Source: Octopus vulgaris (lineage: Eukaryota). From it: 64,000 nt of DNA. Shown here piece by piece: positions 39,110 through 51,339 of the stretch. The DNA is taken from positions 69,130,001 to 69,194,000 of the forward strand of contig OX597823.1 in the NCBI GenBank assembly GCA_951406725.2, read 5' to 3'. Every line of letters begins with the position of its first letter. Position 1 is the stretch's first letter. A program made the position numbers and the translations under genes. Under the pieces are notes generated by a model. It was not told where the DNA came from. It saw only the letters and a program-made list of their open reading frames with translations, and did no database searches.

Positions 39110-40727
39110 TCTCTATATATATAAAACTGAGAATGTGTGTCTGTCTGTCTGTCTGTCTGTGTGTTTCCTTAAAACTTGAGAACTACACAACCAATTTCAT
39201 TCAAATTTTACACATGCCTTACTTAGGGTCCATGTAGTTTCATGGGCAAAAAAAAATGTTCAACGTCTTGCCTAGGGCGAGCCCATAGCAATATCATATC
39301 TTCTCCACTATTTCAGTATTACATGTTAAAAGTGAAACAAAAACATTTCTCTATTTTATGTCAGATACTTTCACTTTAACAATAAAAATTAGAGATAATA
39401 ATAACAATTGAATTATATGTAGTAAGTAATAATTAAAATCAAGCTAAAGTATAATAAAATAATTAAATCGTAACATAACAAAAGTAAAAATAGCAATTGG
39501 TATAAAATTGCATCAATGACTTGAACTTGAATAAGTGGTTTCACATGAATGGGAATAAATTAAAAATAAAATTAATGTGCAGAAATGGATTGGTCCAGAT
39601 GGAGCTGTGCACATACCTTTTACCACAGCTTTTACATTAGATTATCTGCTAATATATCTATATGAAGTATGGCTGTATGTAATGTCTGTTTTCTCGAACA
39701 ACCGCTTCTACTGAGTACTGCTGTTGGTTTATTTCTTTACATAAAGGACTATAGCTTCAACTACGTACTGCTTTTTGATTCACCGTAAGGTTTGCTGTTG
39801 TTATTATTACTGTTTAACTATTGTTATCATGTTTGTTGGTTCCTCGAAAGGCAAATGTTGTTGTGTTGCATTTGTTAAATATTTGTAAACCGTAATCCTC
39901 CCCTTTTGGGAGAAGGAGCTTTGGTTATTGTTTAAAAATTGAATTGTGTCCCTGTTTGGGGACACAATTCAATTTTGACAATATTTTCACCGTTTATATG
40001 GAAGCATTTTTGTTAAAATGCCTTCAATAGAAGAAAGTCCAAAAATGAATTTCGCTGCAGCCATCAGCGGGCGCGAACTCATTAAAATTAAAATGGAAGA
40101 AATACAAACCTATTTCGGATTGATCCCCGACAAAGCCAGTGAATCTAGGATAACACCACCAAACGAAATAAAAAATTAAATTAAAGAAAAGACTATTGTC
40201 TATAAAGTATACGATGTAGAGAAAAAAAAAAAGATTTGAACACCTGAAGAAAAGCACCATCGAAAAGTGTCTTGGTGCGACTATGAAAGATATCAAGTAT
40301 CTAACCAGAAGTGGTAAATTCGCCACAATAGAAGCAAGGTTCGAGTCAATGGAGCATGCAAGGGAGTACTCGACTCGAACCTTGCAAAGTGGAAATATTT
40401 TATTTTCACCTTTATATCTGGGACGTAGGACATCCCGGATAAAAATTTAAAATGTCCCCCCCAGAAGTAGAGGTAGGCTGGATTGTAGCCACACTTCTAT
40501 ACAAGAGAGGGAGGACAAGATACAATTGATCGAAATTGCAAGAGATGGGCCTACAATTCCAGTCTGTTATATATTTTGCGTATTGTTATCACTAGCGATA
40601 TCAAGATATAACTTTGTATTTTATGTGTAGATGTATATATATAGATGTACATGTAATATGTACACATATATATACACATATATCATGCACTAGTACTATG
40701 ACCCGGCAACGACGGGTCATAATGCTA

Positions 40728-40728
<1 letters not shown>
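39110..40728 (+). mobile_element. Non-autonomous Helitron (1.6 kb) with captured sequence
   Basis: A|TCTCTATATATATAAAA..(GTCT)n 5' end. 3' hairpin TATGACCCG-GCAACGA-CGGGTCATA followed by CTAG|T. Inserted between A and T with no TSD. Confidence 0.88.
40018..40550 (+). pseudogene. N-terminal fragment of a Tx1/L1-like LINE ORF1 inside the Helitron
   Basis: MPSIEESPKMNFAAAISG..N*IKEKTIVYKVYD..(frameshift in A11)..IKYLTRSGKFATIEARFESMEHAREYSTRTL..FSPLYLGRRTSRIKI*NVPPEVEVGWI. The 'FAAA' and 'PxYxGRRxxxIxIxNVPPE' motifs resemble Tx1-clade RRM-type ORF1. Confidence 0.55.
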
Positions 40729-40776
<48 letters not shown>

Positions 40777-41189
40777 CACACACAGATATATACGACGGGC
40801 TTCTTTCAGTTTCTGTCTACCAAATCCACTCACAAGGCTTTGGTGGGCCCAAGGCTATAGTAGAAGACACTTGCCCAAGGTTCCACGCAGTGGGACTGAA
40901 CCTGGAACCATGCAAATTTATGTTCCATGCTTGACTCTACTTAAGTGAACTAATATGGTTTCTTTGTGCTTTCATGACCAGCAGAATAAAAATATCCCTT
41001 ATTTGGAAAACAGGCAAGGGATGACAACAGGAAGCATACAAACAGTAAAATCCTGCCTTAAATCAACCTAACGCCACCCTAACATGGAAAACTACCGTAT
41101 TTCCGTTAACCTATGCTGTCTTTGTTTCAATAAAATTTTAAAATAATATGCCAGGGGTGTAACCAGCCCACTTATGCATACCTGGACAC

Positions 41190-41709
41190 TAAACTCTGCT
41201 TGCAAAGACCTGTTGAGGCAAGTGAAATCAAAATCAAAATGAAATTCGATGACTGGCATCCGTGCTAGTGGAGCGCTAAGAGCACCATCGAGCGTGATCA
41301 TTGCCAGAGTGGCTAACTGGCTTCCATGCTGGTGGCACGTAAAAAGCACCATTCAAGTGTGATCGTTACCAGCGTCGCCTTACTGGCACATGGAAAAACA
41401 TTTGAGTGAGGTCATTGCCAGTGCCGCCAGACTGGATCCTGTGCAGGTGGCATGTAAAAAACACAATTTGAGTATGGCTATTGCCCGTACCACCTGACTG
41501 GCCCTCATGCCAGTAGCACGTAAAAGCACCCACTACACTCTCAGAGTGGTTGGCGTTAGGAAGGGCATCCAGCTGTAGGAACTCTGCCAGATCAAGATTG
41601 GAGCCTGGTGCAGCCATCTGGTTCACCAGTCCTCAGTCAAATCGCCCAACCCATGCTAGCATGGAAAGCAGACGTTAAACGATGATGATGATGATGATGA
41701 TGATGATGA
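41190..41709 (+). mobile_element. SINE family C, long young copy with ~55-65-bp internal tandem units
   Basis: Repeated ggtggcacgtaaaaagcacc, then gagtggttggcgttaggaagggcatccagctgtag and ccaacccatgctagcatggaaagcagacgttaaac(gat)n. Confidence 0.9.
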
Positions 41710-42131
41710 AGAATGTAATAAAATAACTTACAAATTATTAAGCTGGAGACTGGAACAATTTAGCATAGAATTTTGATGGAAGATTATAATATAGATGACT
41801 CTGAAACTAAGTTTTATGTCATAGAACTTGGCTGGCACCAGGTGGTTGATACGAAAAGGGATGAATAGTACCAATATGTTCTGGAATCATATTGGAATCA
41901 TATTCACTGAGGTTAGCTTGCCTTTCTCCTTTCTAGGTTTAATAAAACAAGTACCATTCAACTACTTGAGTACAGTACTCCTTCCTACACACTTGCGGCA
42001 TCATTAAAAATCTTTATATTTTTCAGAAGAGGCACGAAAGAAGAATTGTTTAATCTAACTACAAAAATCAGCATACACTGAAAACGTTTGGATCTTTTCA
42101 AAGTGAAACATAATTTATGTTTTTAACTCAG

Positions 42132-42572
42132 TCTATATATATATAAAGCTGAAGTTGTCTGTGTGTGTGTGTGTGTGGCAGATTTGGCAGCCTTCAACTA
42201 ACACTATCTCCTCCGAGACCCTGTGGTGCAAGTTGACCAAAATTGAGAGTATGATAGAAGAAGGCTTGCTCCTCATTCTGTAGAAGAAAAAATTCAAATC
42301 AGACCCTGTTAAGACCAAAAATTATTTACATCAAAAAGGTGCCATTTTTCTATGAAAATCCCCATTTTTTACGATTTTTGGGCTGCTGTGTCACCATTTT
42401 TCGGTGTATTTCAACCAGAAAAATGTTCACTTAAAGAGAATAACAAGCTACATAATGCAAAATTTTTACTTTTCAAAAATCTATGTCAAAACGTTATTAA
42501 TGTGACATCAAAGTTTGCCATTTTATGCACAACTAAAAAACAAACCCAAGCAATGCTGGGCTATATTGCTAG
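42132..42572 (+). mobile_element. Non-autonomous Helitron, family 2
   Basis: TCTATATATATATAAAGCTGAAG..(GT)n 5' end. 3' hairpin ACCCAAGCAATGCTGGGC then CTAG|T. Homologous to the copy at 48489. Confidence 0.85.
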
Positions 42573-42898
42573 TGTTACTATATTTTTAGTTACACAAAAC
42601 AAACATTGCTGTATGGTTAAGAACTTGCTTCCCAACTGACCTTGGGCTTAGTCCCACTGTGTAACACTTTGGGAAATGTCTTCAACCTTAGATTTGGTGC
42701 ACAGAAACTGAAAGAAGCATGGCTTATATATTACATATATATAATGCATATGATAGAATAAGTAGCTGGCTTTTAAAAGTAATACTGGGGATGATTTGTT
42801 TGGTTAAACCCTTCAAGGTAGTTAAACCCTCAAGCATGGCTGCAGTCCAGTGACTGAAACAAGTAAAATATAAATGCTAAAAGAGATGAAGATAAACA

Positions 42899-43312
42899 TA
42901 GGCGCAAGAGTGGCTATGTGGTAAGTAGCTTGCTTACCAACCACATGGTTCCGGGTTCCGTCCCACTGCGTGGCACCTTAGGCAAGTGTCTTCTACAATA
43001 GCTTTACCCAGACCAAAGTCTTGTGAGTGGATTTGGTAGATGGAAACTAAAAGAAGCCCGTCGTATATATGTATATATATATATATATGTGTGTGTGTAT
43101 ATGTTTGTGTGTCTGTGCTTGTACCCCAACATCACTTGACAACCGATGCTGGTGTGTCTACATTCCCGACACTTAGTGGTTCGGCAAAAGAGACTGATAG
43201 AATAAGTACTAGGCTTACAAAGAATAAGTCCTGGGGGTCTATTTGCTCTACTAAAGGTGGTGCTCCAGCATGACTACAGTCAAATGACTGAAACAAGTAA
43301 AAGAATAAAAGT
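42899..43312 (+). mobile_element. SINE family B, full length
   Basis: aggcgcaagagtggctatgtggtaagtagcttgcttacc..gactgaaacaagtaaaagaataaaag. Confidence 0.92.
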
Positions 43313-44773
43313 GAATCTATTCTTCAGTCTAATAGCAAAAAGCTGTGTGAAGAATTTTTGCAAGTATTAATGACTGGAGGTATTGTGTTTTACTAAAATG
43401 CTCTAAAAATTCTGCAAAGATCACATATTCTAATTAGAAACATTATTATGAAATGTTCCTTGATTTATCAGTCACATTGGCTAGTTATATGTCATATGAG
43501 AACAAAATTTATTGATGCGTTGCTTTTCTTATCTGTTCTGTTTGACTACAGGAAATACATTCTGATGCACATTGCATTAATATTCAATAAGCCTCCTATT
43601 TGCGCCTGCATCTAAGAAATCTTTTCAAAACACTTGTGCGTACAACTGATGGCTGGATATTTCTCCTTGAATTTAACGTTAGTAAAATCTCTGCATAAAA
43701 ATCTACCAACCACATCAGTTGCTAGTGTCATTGATGTGTCACACAAATCACGAAAGAGTGAAATAACTCTGTAATATTTTATTGCTTTTGTGCTTTGTGT
43801 TCAACATTAAGCTTATCTCCGAAACATGATATGCTGAAATAATTGTATTGTTTGTTATATGCAATGAAGCTCGACAAACCTCAATTATTTGTTGAGTTCT
43901 GAGAAGAATTATAGTTTGCAAGCACGTAGATTCTATCTTGTGGGTGATATAATGTTTTGTTTAGATTTTCTTATTCTTCTTGTTATTCTTAACTTTGATT
44001 CTGTTATGGTGATCCCTCAGTAATTTGATTCAAAAGTAAAGAAGACAGCATACATTCTTGAGTAGGTGTATTCACTTACATTTTTAAAATGCATTCTTCT
44101 AACTTGCTATTATTTCTTAGCTTTCCTTTCTCTCCTACACTTATTCTTTCTTTAGGTTTCTATATATTGATATAATTTTCTGCTGAGAGATAAGTTCTTG
44201 AGTATGATTTATATATATGTCTATTGCTATGAATCTTTGTCTCTCACTCTTCTATTCTGTCTTTTCTTGCTTGCTCACACTTATGGTTTATATTTCTAAG
44301 GGCTTCTCTTGTTGTATCTCCAGTATAGTGATATTGGTATTTAAACCGAAGTTAGAAAAAAAGAGATGCTAAAATAAATTTGAAAGAGGGAGAAAGAGAG
44401 AGAGAGAGAGGAGCAGATAGTAAAACAGAAAATGAAAAGTCAAATCAAAAGATTTGTAGATATTTTAAGTAAAGGCAAGTAAAATATTTTATATGAAGGC
44501 TAGAGAAACAAAAACTAAAGAATACAGAAAAGCATATGGACATTGATAAAGGAATGGAGAAACATTTAGAGTAAGAGATAAGAAATAGCGTTAATGAGAT
44601 TAAAGATAGTTAATCTGAGAAGAGAAAACAGCTATGTTTTTACATATTTATCCTCTTTTATATAGTAATATCACTGTACTTCTGTATCTGTTTGTTGTTT
44701 TGCGTTTACTAGTTGTGCTCTTTAGCTTTTAGTCCATTCATTCATTCATATATATAAAAATATATACATAGTG

Positions 44774-45075
44774 TGGAGGCGCAATGGCCCAGTGGTTAGG
44801 GCACTGGACTCACGATCGCAGTTTTGATTCGCAGACCAAGTGTTGTGAGTGTCTATTGAGCGAAAACACCTAAAACTCCATGAGGCTCTGGCAGAGGGTG
44901 GTGATGATCCCTACTGTACTCTTTCGCCACAACTTTCTCTCACTCTTTCTTCTGTTGGCCTGCTTGCTTAGCCAATGAGGTGGCATCATTAGAAGCCCAA
45001 AACAATGCGAAGCGCATTGTGACCAGCGATGTGTAGCAACATCTGATAGTCTGGTCGGTCATGGTGATCAAGGTG
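44774..45075 (+). mobile_element. SINE family D variant
   Basis: tggaggcgcaatggcccagtggttagggc..ttgagcgaaaacacctaaaactcc..ctgatagtctggtcggtcatggtgatca. Confidence 0.8.
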
Positions 45076-45706
45076 ATATACATAGTCAATAAAACATATA
45101 TCAAAAATGAAGCACACTCTAAAGAATAGAGTAGTAATTATTACAATGGAGCTTCCAGTACAAATACCAAGCAGTATAACATATTTCCAAATTTCTGGCA
45201 GAGTGAATTGCATTATGGTGCTATTTTTCTCACAGACTGTGCCCAACTGACCCTACTATACTGTGTAGTTGAGAAACTCTAAAATAAATAATATATCACA
45301 CCCCACTCCTTTTCACTCTCTCAATTACCATATCTATATGCCTCTTTCCCTCTTTCTGTATTCCCATTCTTTCAATAGTTTTCTTATATTTCAAAATAGT
45401 CCTATATTGAGATATATGCAAAATAATTTAATTCTAATACTTATCATTACAGCTTTCTTTAAGATTGAAGCTGATTGCTTAAGTATTTATCTATGATCAT
45501 GAAATTTGATAAATCGTGCCATCATCTCTGATTTGTGAGTTTTATCACTTGCCTGTTGTTCTTTTCAAATGCATCATATATATTGTGAGCATTAAATCTG
45601 AGTTTCAAATTCTATAGCAAGGGCATCATTATTTTTAAGCAGGGCTTTTTTTCACAGAAAATTGTTACTGATAATGAAATTAGTAATAACTATATACACC
45701 AAGTGT

Positions 45707-45877
45707 GAGCACAGGTGTGGCTGTGCGGTAAGAAGTTTGCTTCCTAACCACATGGTTCAGGGTTCGATCCCACAGCAAGGCAGCTTCGGTAAGTGTCTCC
45801 TACAATAGACTCAGGCCAACCAAAGCCTTGTGAGTGGATTTGGTTGGAAACTGGAAGAAGCCCATTACATGTATAAT

Positions 45878-45918
<41 letters not shown>

Positions 45919-46390
45919 GTCCATAGATGAGATAAAGATATTCTTCATATAGAATACACTTAGTAGGGCTCAAGAGATTTAAACTCGAGCAGATATAGAA
46001 GAAAAAGTAAGGATAAACATGTTGGACAAGTCAATATATAAAGTACATCAAATACATTAAATACAAAAATTGTATATATGTTTACATACAAAGTGGTTCA
46101 ACTTACACAGAATACAAATGATACAGAGAATTAAAGGGGATGAGGAACAATATTACAGTATTGTTAAATATAACAGTTTCATTATGTGTGTGTGTGCACG
46201 TGTGCGTGCATGTATATATCTATGTGTGTGTCTTTGTCAGTGGTTCCCCTCCCCCACTTTTTGACAACTGGTGTTGGTGTGTTTACGTCACTCTAACTTA
46301 TGGTTCGGGATCAGAGACCGATAGCATAAGCACCAGTACTTTGAAAATAAGTTCTGGGGTCAATTCTTTTGATTAAAATGTTCTTCAAGT
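45707..46390 (+). mobile_element. SINE family B interrupted at its (TA)n tract by a ~270-bp insertion
   Basis: Head 45707-45870 and tail 46190-46390, with unrelated sequence at 45918-46180. Confidence 0.7.
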
Positions 46391-46409
46391 CCTATTATAT
46401 ACATATGTA

Positions 46410-46712
46410 TAGGGTAAAGACCCCCTTTAGTCATGAATGACCATGAGATTGCACCTATAAAGTTACCTTCTGAGAGACAAGTCCAGGCAAGGTTGTTTAT
46501 GGAAGACCATCAATCACCCTGGCACACCAGCTTTTCCTCTCTTATCAGCCCAAAGCCCTAACCACTAAGCCATATATATATATATAATTATGTAGCCAGG
46601 ATGACCGATTGTCTTCAATAAAAAACCTTGCTTGGACTTGTGCTTCAGAGGGTAACCATCTAGGTGCAATCCCATGGTCATTCATGATCAAAGGTGGTCT
46701 TTACCCTTTACC
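46410..46712. repeat. Inverted pair of SINE D 3' modules (~115-bp arms)
   Basis: agggtaaagaccccctttagtcatgaatgaccatgagattgcaccta.. versus ..taggtgcaatcccatggtcattcatgatcaaaggtggtctttaccct. Confidence 0.85.
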
Positions 46713-47764
46713 ACATATATATGTATATAATAGGCAAATTACAAAATATAAGGCTATACAATACATGTAGCTTCAAACATAGACCTTAATACACAGAAAT
46801 TTAAAAACAGAAACATCCTTATTCTTTGATGTTATAAATATCAAATTATGAGTAAGCTTTCCTGCACAATATAATGAATTATTAACATGACTATTGAAAC
46901 AGAACAAATATAAGTTTTTTTTTCAGAAACGTAAGCAAGTATAATCCTAAATACACATTTATATATTAATAAATGCTTTGGAAATGGTTGCCAATCATCC
47001 TCTTGTAAAATAATTTTGAATGTGTCAAAGATGTAATATATTTGACCTCCACAGAGAATTAGCAGTAACTTCTGTAATACATAAACATAAATAAAGAAAG
47101 CGAAACCTTTTTTGCAAAATACATTGCAATACATGAAAACATTTCTTAAATGTCATTGTAAAACTGAATTTAATTTAGGAATATTTTCTTTCTTTTCCAT
47201 CTAAATTATATTTATATATAATTTTATAATCAGATGGGAAATTAACATTTTCTCTTTCTAGAAATTGAATTATATAATGAAAAAAAAGAAACTATAGTAA
47301 TTTTCTCTGAAATTTACTTAAAAAGAACTAGGATCCCTAAGGATTCTGTTTTCTAAAGTTAGGAAAATATATATATCTTTGCTTGAAGATTTTCAATATC
47401 TCAATGACAGGGGCAGGGAAAATATATCAAATTTATACACAGTATTTTTGACCTTTAAATGTAAAGCAAAATTTGATCAACAGAAAGTTTCAGGTTTTAT
47501 TGTTATAAACTGGGTTGGCAAAAATTTGGTTTCTAATTCAAATATGAAAGGATTAGGGATGGTCAAGAGGACAGTAGTATTAACACTGACATAATGACTG
47601 GTCAATGTCAAGTAGCCACAACAGGATTAAACTTTTTTATTCCAACCACCTTGTTAATATCACTGGTTATATAACACAAACTTCCTGTATTTTAGACACA
47701 ATTCACCTTTGTAATTATATAGGCACAAAGCTTGAATTTTGTAGGGAGAGACTATTTGATTTCA

Positions 47765-48102
47765 GTAGCGCCGCTCCGACTGGCCTCCTGCCGGTGGCAC
47801 GTAAAAAGCACCATCTGTTCGTGGCCGTTGTCAGCCTCGCCTGTCCCTTGTGCCGGTGGCACATAAAAAGGACCATCCGATCGTGGCCGTTTGCCAGACT
47901 CATCTGGCACCTGTGCCGGTGGCACGTAAAAAGCACCCACTACACTCATGGAGTGGTTGGCGTTAGGAAGGGCATCCAGCCGTAGAAACATTGCCAGATC
48001 AGACTGGGCCTGGTGCAGCCTTCTGGCTCCCCAGACCCCAGTTGAACCGTCCAACCCATGCTAGCATGGAAAGCGGATGCTAAATGATGATGATGATGAT
48101 GA
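47765..48102 (+). mobile_element. SINE family C, young CpG-intact copy
   Basis: Three gccggtggcac(g/a)taaaaag units, the conserved core and a (gat)n tail. Confidence 0.9.
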
Positions 48103-48488
48103 ATCCCTGTGCTCAACTGGTGCTTATTTTATTAACCCTGAAAGGATGAATGGCAATGTTAACCTTGATGACTTTTGTACTCAATACATAAAACTAAAAG
48201 AAATGTCTCTAAGCAATTTTATTAGCAAGGTAGTGTTCCTGCTCCAGTTCATCAGCCTATTAGTTAACAAGCTTATTTTCTAAATTCTTCATTAATTTAA
48301 AACTTATTAGACATAGAAGTAGTGTATTTTAGCAGAAATATGGTAACAAAATGGTTAAGGAGTAAAAGACAAGACAGAAAAACTTCCAGTATGAAAGTGG
48401 ATTTGTCCAGCAGTGGACTGGTACATTATAACTTTAACTTTTACCCTTTATGTATGAACATATGTATGTGTGTGTATATATATGTATA

Positions 48489-48968
48489 CTAGCCATATAG
48501 CCCAGCATTGCTTGTGTTTGTTTTTTAGTGGCACTTAAAACGGCAGACTTAGATGTCATGTTAACAAAGTTTTGTCCGCTCAAAACCAATGACATCACAA
48601 AAAATTCTTTTCGACCCTTTAGAATTGGAATTTTTGAAAAGTAAAAATTTTTCATTATGTAGCTTGTTATTCTCTTTAAGTGAACATTTTTCTGATTGAA
48701 ATACACTGGAAAATGACCACACAGCAGTCAAAAAATCATAAAAAATAGGGATTTTCATAGAAAAAAGTACCATTTTCATGCAAATAATTTTTGATCTTAA
48801 TATAGTCCGATGTGAATTTTTTCTTCTATAGAATAAAGAGCAAGCCTTCTTCTATCATGCTCTCAATTTTGGTCAACTTGCACTGCAGTCTCTCAGAGGA
48901 GATAGTGTTAGTTGAAGGATACCAAACCTGTCACACACACAGACATCTTCAGCTTTATATATATATAC
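48489..48968 (-). mobile_element. Non-autonomous Helitron, family 2
   Basis: A|CTAGCCATATAGCCCAGCATTGCTTG (3' end, reversed) ... CTTCAGCTTTATATATATA (5' end, reversed). Colinear with the 42132 copy. Confidence 0.85.
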
Positions 48969-49054
48969 ATATACACAAATGCATATACAGACCAATGAGT
49001 TAGTGGTTTGTGTCTTGTCACCAATAATTATGCTGTTATCTATAAGGCATCATG

Positions 49055-49230
49055 CTGGCAGAATCATTAGCATGCTGGGGGTAAAATGCTTCTAAATTCA
49101 AAATACATTGAGATCAACTTTGTCTTTCATCCTTTACAGAGTCAATAGAATAAATACCAGTTAACCACTGGCGTTAATGTAATTGACCCAACAAAATTAC
49201 TGGCCGTGTGCCAAGATTTGAAATCAATAA
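49055..49230 (+). mobile_element. SINE family A
   Basis: gctggcagaatcattagcatgc..ggccgtgtgccaagatttgaaatc. aataattatgct(g/a)tt on both flanks. Confidence 0.75.
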
Positions 49231-49479
49231 TTATGCTATTTCTATATGAAGCATACTAACTTCTTTAAAACCAATTCACCCTTGATGTAAGAAGGCACCA
49301 CAAGATTTTGAGATTTCACAATGGCAGCACTACAAACATTGATGAATGCTTAAGAGTCTTATTAGATTATTATAATATAATGTATCTTAATTAATTAATA
49401 ATGATGTCATTAGTTACAGGGTTTCTAACATGATCATTAGTTCACTGTATTTATGGCAATGAAAGCAACAAGGGATTGT

Positions 49480-49839
49480 CTGGGTAACTTGGCAGAACTT
49501 GCACCTATTCAGGTAATGTCAATTTGATGGAGGGAGTGAGCTAATGTACAGCACTATAAACAAATCATTATCGCAGTGGCACTCCAGCATGGCCACAGTC
49601 AAATGACTGACACAAGTAAGAGAGTAATAATAATCATTTCTGTTATAGACACAAGGCCTGGGTAACTTGGCAGAACAATGCACCTGTTCAGGTAATGTCA
49701 ATTTGATGGAGGGAGTGAGCTAATGTACAGCACTATAAACAAATCATTATCACAGCGGCACTCCAGCATGGCCACAGTCAAATGACTGACACAAGTAAGA
49801 GAGTAATAATAATCATTTCTGTTATAGGCACAAGGCCTG
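49480..49839 (+). repeat. 178-bp tandem duplication of a chimeric SINE junction
   Basis: ctgggtaacttggcagaac starts at 49480 and 49658, and the two units are nearly identical. Confidence 0.9.
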
Positions 49840-50013
49840 AAACTGTGGGGAAGGGGATAACTGATTATATCAACCCCAGTACTAAACTGGTATTTATTTT
49901 ATCAACCATGAAATGAGAGGCAAAGTCGATCTCAGCAGAATTTGAATTCAGAATGTAAAGACAGACAAAATGCTGCTAAACATTTTGCTCGGTGTACTAA
50001 TGATTCTGTCAGC
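49820..50013 (-). mobile_element. SINE family A
   Basis: ggcacaaggcctgaaa..ggcaaagtcgatctcagcagaatttgaattcagaatg..tgattctgtcagct. Confidence 0.85.
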
Positions 50014-50016
50014 TTA

Positions 50017-50190
50017 AAGAAAGAAAGAAAGAGAGAAAGAAAAAGGAGAAGAAGGACAAGGAGAAGAAGGAGAAGGAGAAGGAGAAGAAGAAAAAGGGGG
50101 AGGAGGAGAAAAAGGAAGAGGAGGAAAAGAAGGAGAGGAAGAAGGAGAAGGAGACAGAGAAGAAGAAGGAGAAGAAAAAGGAGAAGAAGA
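50017..50190. repeat. Polypurine (GAA/GGA)n tract
   Basis: About 170 bp, almost exclusively A and G. Confidence 0.95.
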
Positions 50191-50257
50191 TGATGATTAG
50201 CAGCAGCAGCTGCGACAATAACAACAACAACAGTAGGCTCAATTGCCTCATTATTAC

Positions 50258-50319
50258 CCTATCTGGCAAAGTATGCTGTATTAGTAGAGTGAAGAGCATC
50301 AACTGGAGAATTCATTGTT
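50258..50319 (-). other. Candidate exon of minus-strand gene
   Basis: Acceptor tttttttttctttttag|AACAATG and donor AGG|gtaata. 62 nt of unique sequence. Confidence 0.3.
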
Positions 50320-50741
50320 CTAAAAAGAAAAAAAAAATTCTCTGCTAACAGAATGAAAATGGACATAAAGCATCAAAGAGAAAGTGCAGAAGGGCCTAAA
50401 CCAAACAAGATCACACAACTCCACTGTTAGCTTAGTTTATCTAGCTGCATTTTGAATTCAAACATTGTTTGAGTGAGCGCTTATCCCTTATCCATCCAGA
50501 GTAGATAAAATAAATATCAGTAATATACTGTATTGATTTATTTAAATATACCAGAACCTCCACGAAAACTGGTGCATTCTTGAAGAAAGAAATCAATAAT
50601 TATTGATATCTGATTGATACTCTGATAAAACCTCTCTGTTAAAAAAAAGTATGGTGTGGACAATTTTTAAGTAAATTATATAACGCTTTTCTTACATTCC
50701 ATCCCCCTAAAAAAAGAAAACTGATTTTCTTTTCAAACTAC

Positions 50742-51035
50742 CTTTAGTTATGGTTGATTGATTCAATTGCCTATTCATTCGTAACAAAATTCCATTTTCA
50801 TAATCAACTAAAATATCAGCCACATTAGCAGCATCCAATCAGCATCGTCACTGTCATGATCATGATCATTTGCTGCTGTTGTTGCTGCTGCTGCTATGGC
50901 CTCTTAGAGTGTAGATAACTCTTCTGAGCACCCCTGAAGATTCATTTACATCAGTTGGTTTCCCAACATTTCAGGTATTGCAGACATTGCCATTGGTCTC
51001 TCACAACTGTTTCCCTATGAAATGTAACCAGTTCT
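50742..51035 (-). other. Candidate non-coding (5'UTR) exon of minus-strand gene
   Basis: Strong acceptor tgttttgctttgttttcttcctcgctttcag|AGAACT and donor AAG|gtagtt (alternative AAT|gtaaga at ~50695). Contains only short ATG-initiated ORFs and lies just downstream of the CpG-rich patch. Confidence 0.45.
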
Positions 51036-51339
51036 CTGAAAGCGAGGAAGAAAACAAAGCAAAACAAACATCTGTACATGTCGAATACTTTATTCAGCAA
51101 CTTAAAAAGATGAAAGACAAAGATGGCCTTAGCAGGATTCGAATTCTGAGAATCACAACAAATGTTACAAGGTTTTGTATCCAACACTACAATGATTCTG
51201 CCAGTTCATTTCCTTAATGCTGAAACAAGGCACAGTTTTATATATGTGTAACGGGAGTGAATATCTTCTCTGCACTTTTTGGGTGCAGTTGGTGCAATCA
51301 CTTTCCGTTGCTTTTAATAATCCAGATTCTACCAGTCAG

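Larger units (their letters stand above)
38871..40911 (-). mobile_element. SINE family B split by a Helitron (halves 38871-39109 and 40729-40911)
   Basis: The 3' half ends at the internal (TA) tract at 39109. The 5' half resumes in (TA)n at 40729 with tacgacgggcttctttcagtttc. Confidence 0.9.

Noticed and set aside
41270-41540. Direct repeats (ggtggcacgtaaaaagcacc) with ~40-bp spacers, superficially CRISPR-like; also at 47780-47940
   Set aside because: The spacers are homologous to each other and the array is an internal part of dispersed SINE family C.
46918-46937. 4-nt plus-strand microexon ttttcag|aaac|gtaagc
   Set aside because: Expected by chance in AT-rich DNA, with no supporting gene structure.
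49942-50193. Arg-rich protamine-like ORF
   Set aside because: Starts at a TTG inside an antisense SINE A and runs through a (GAA/GGA)n tract with only AGR Arg codons. It is a microsatellite artefact.
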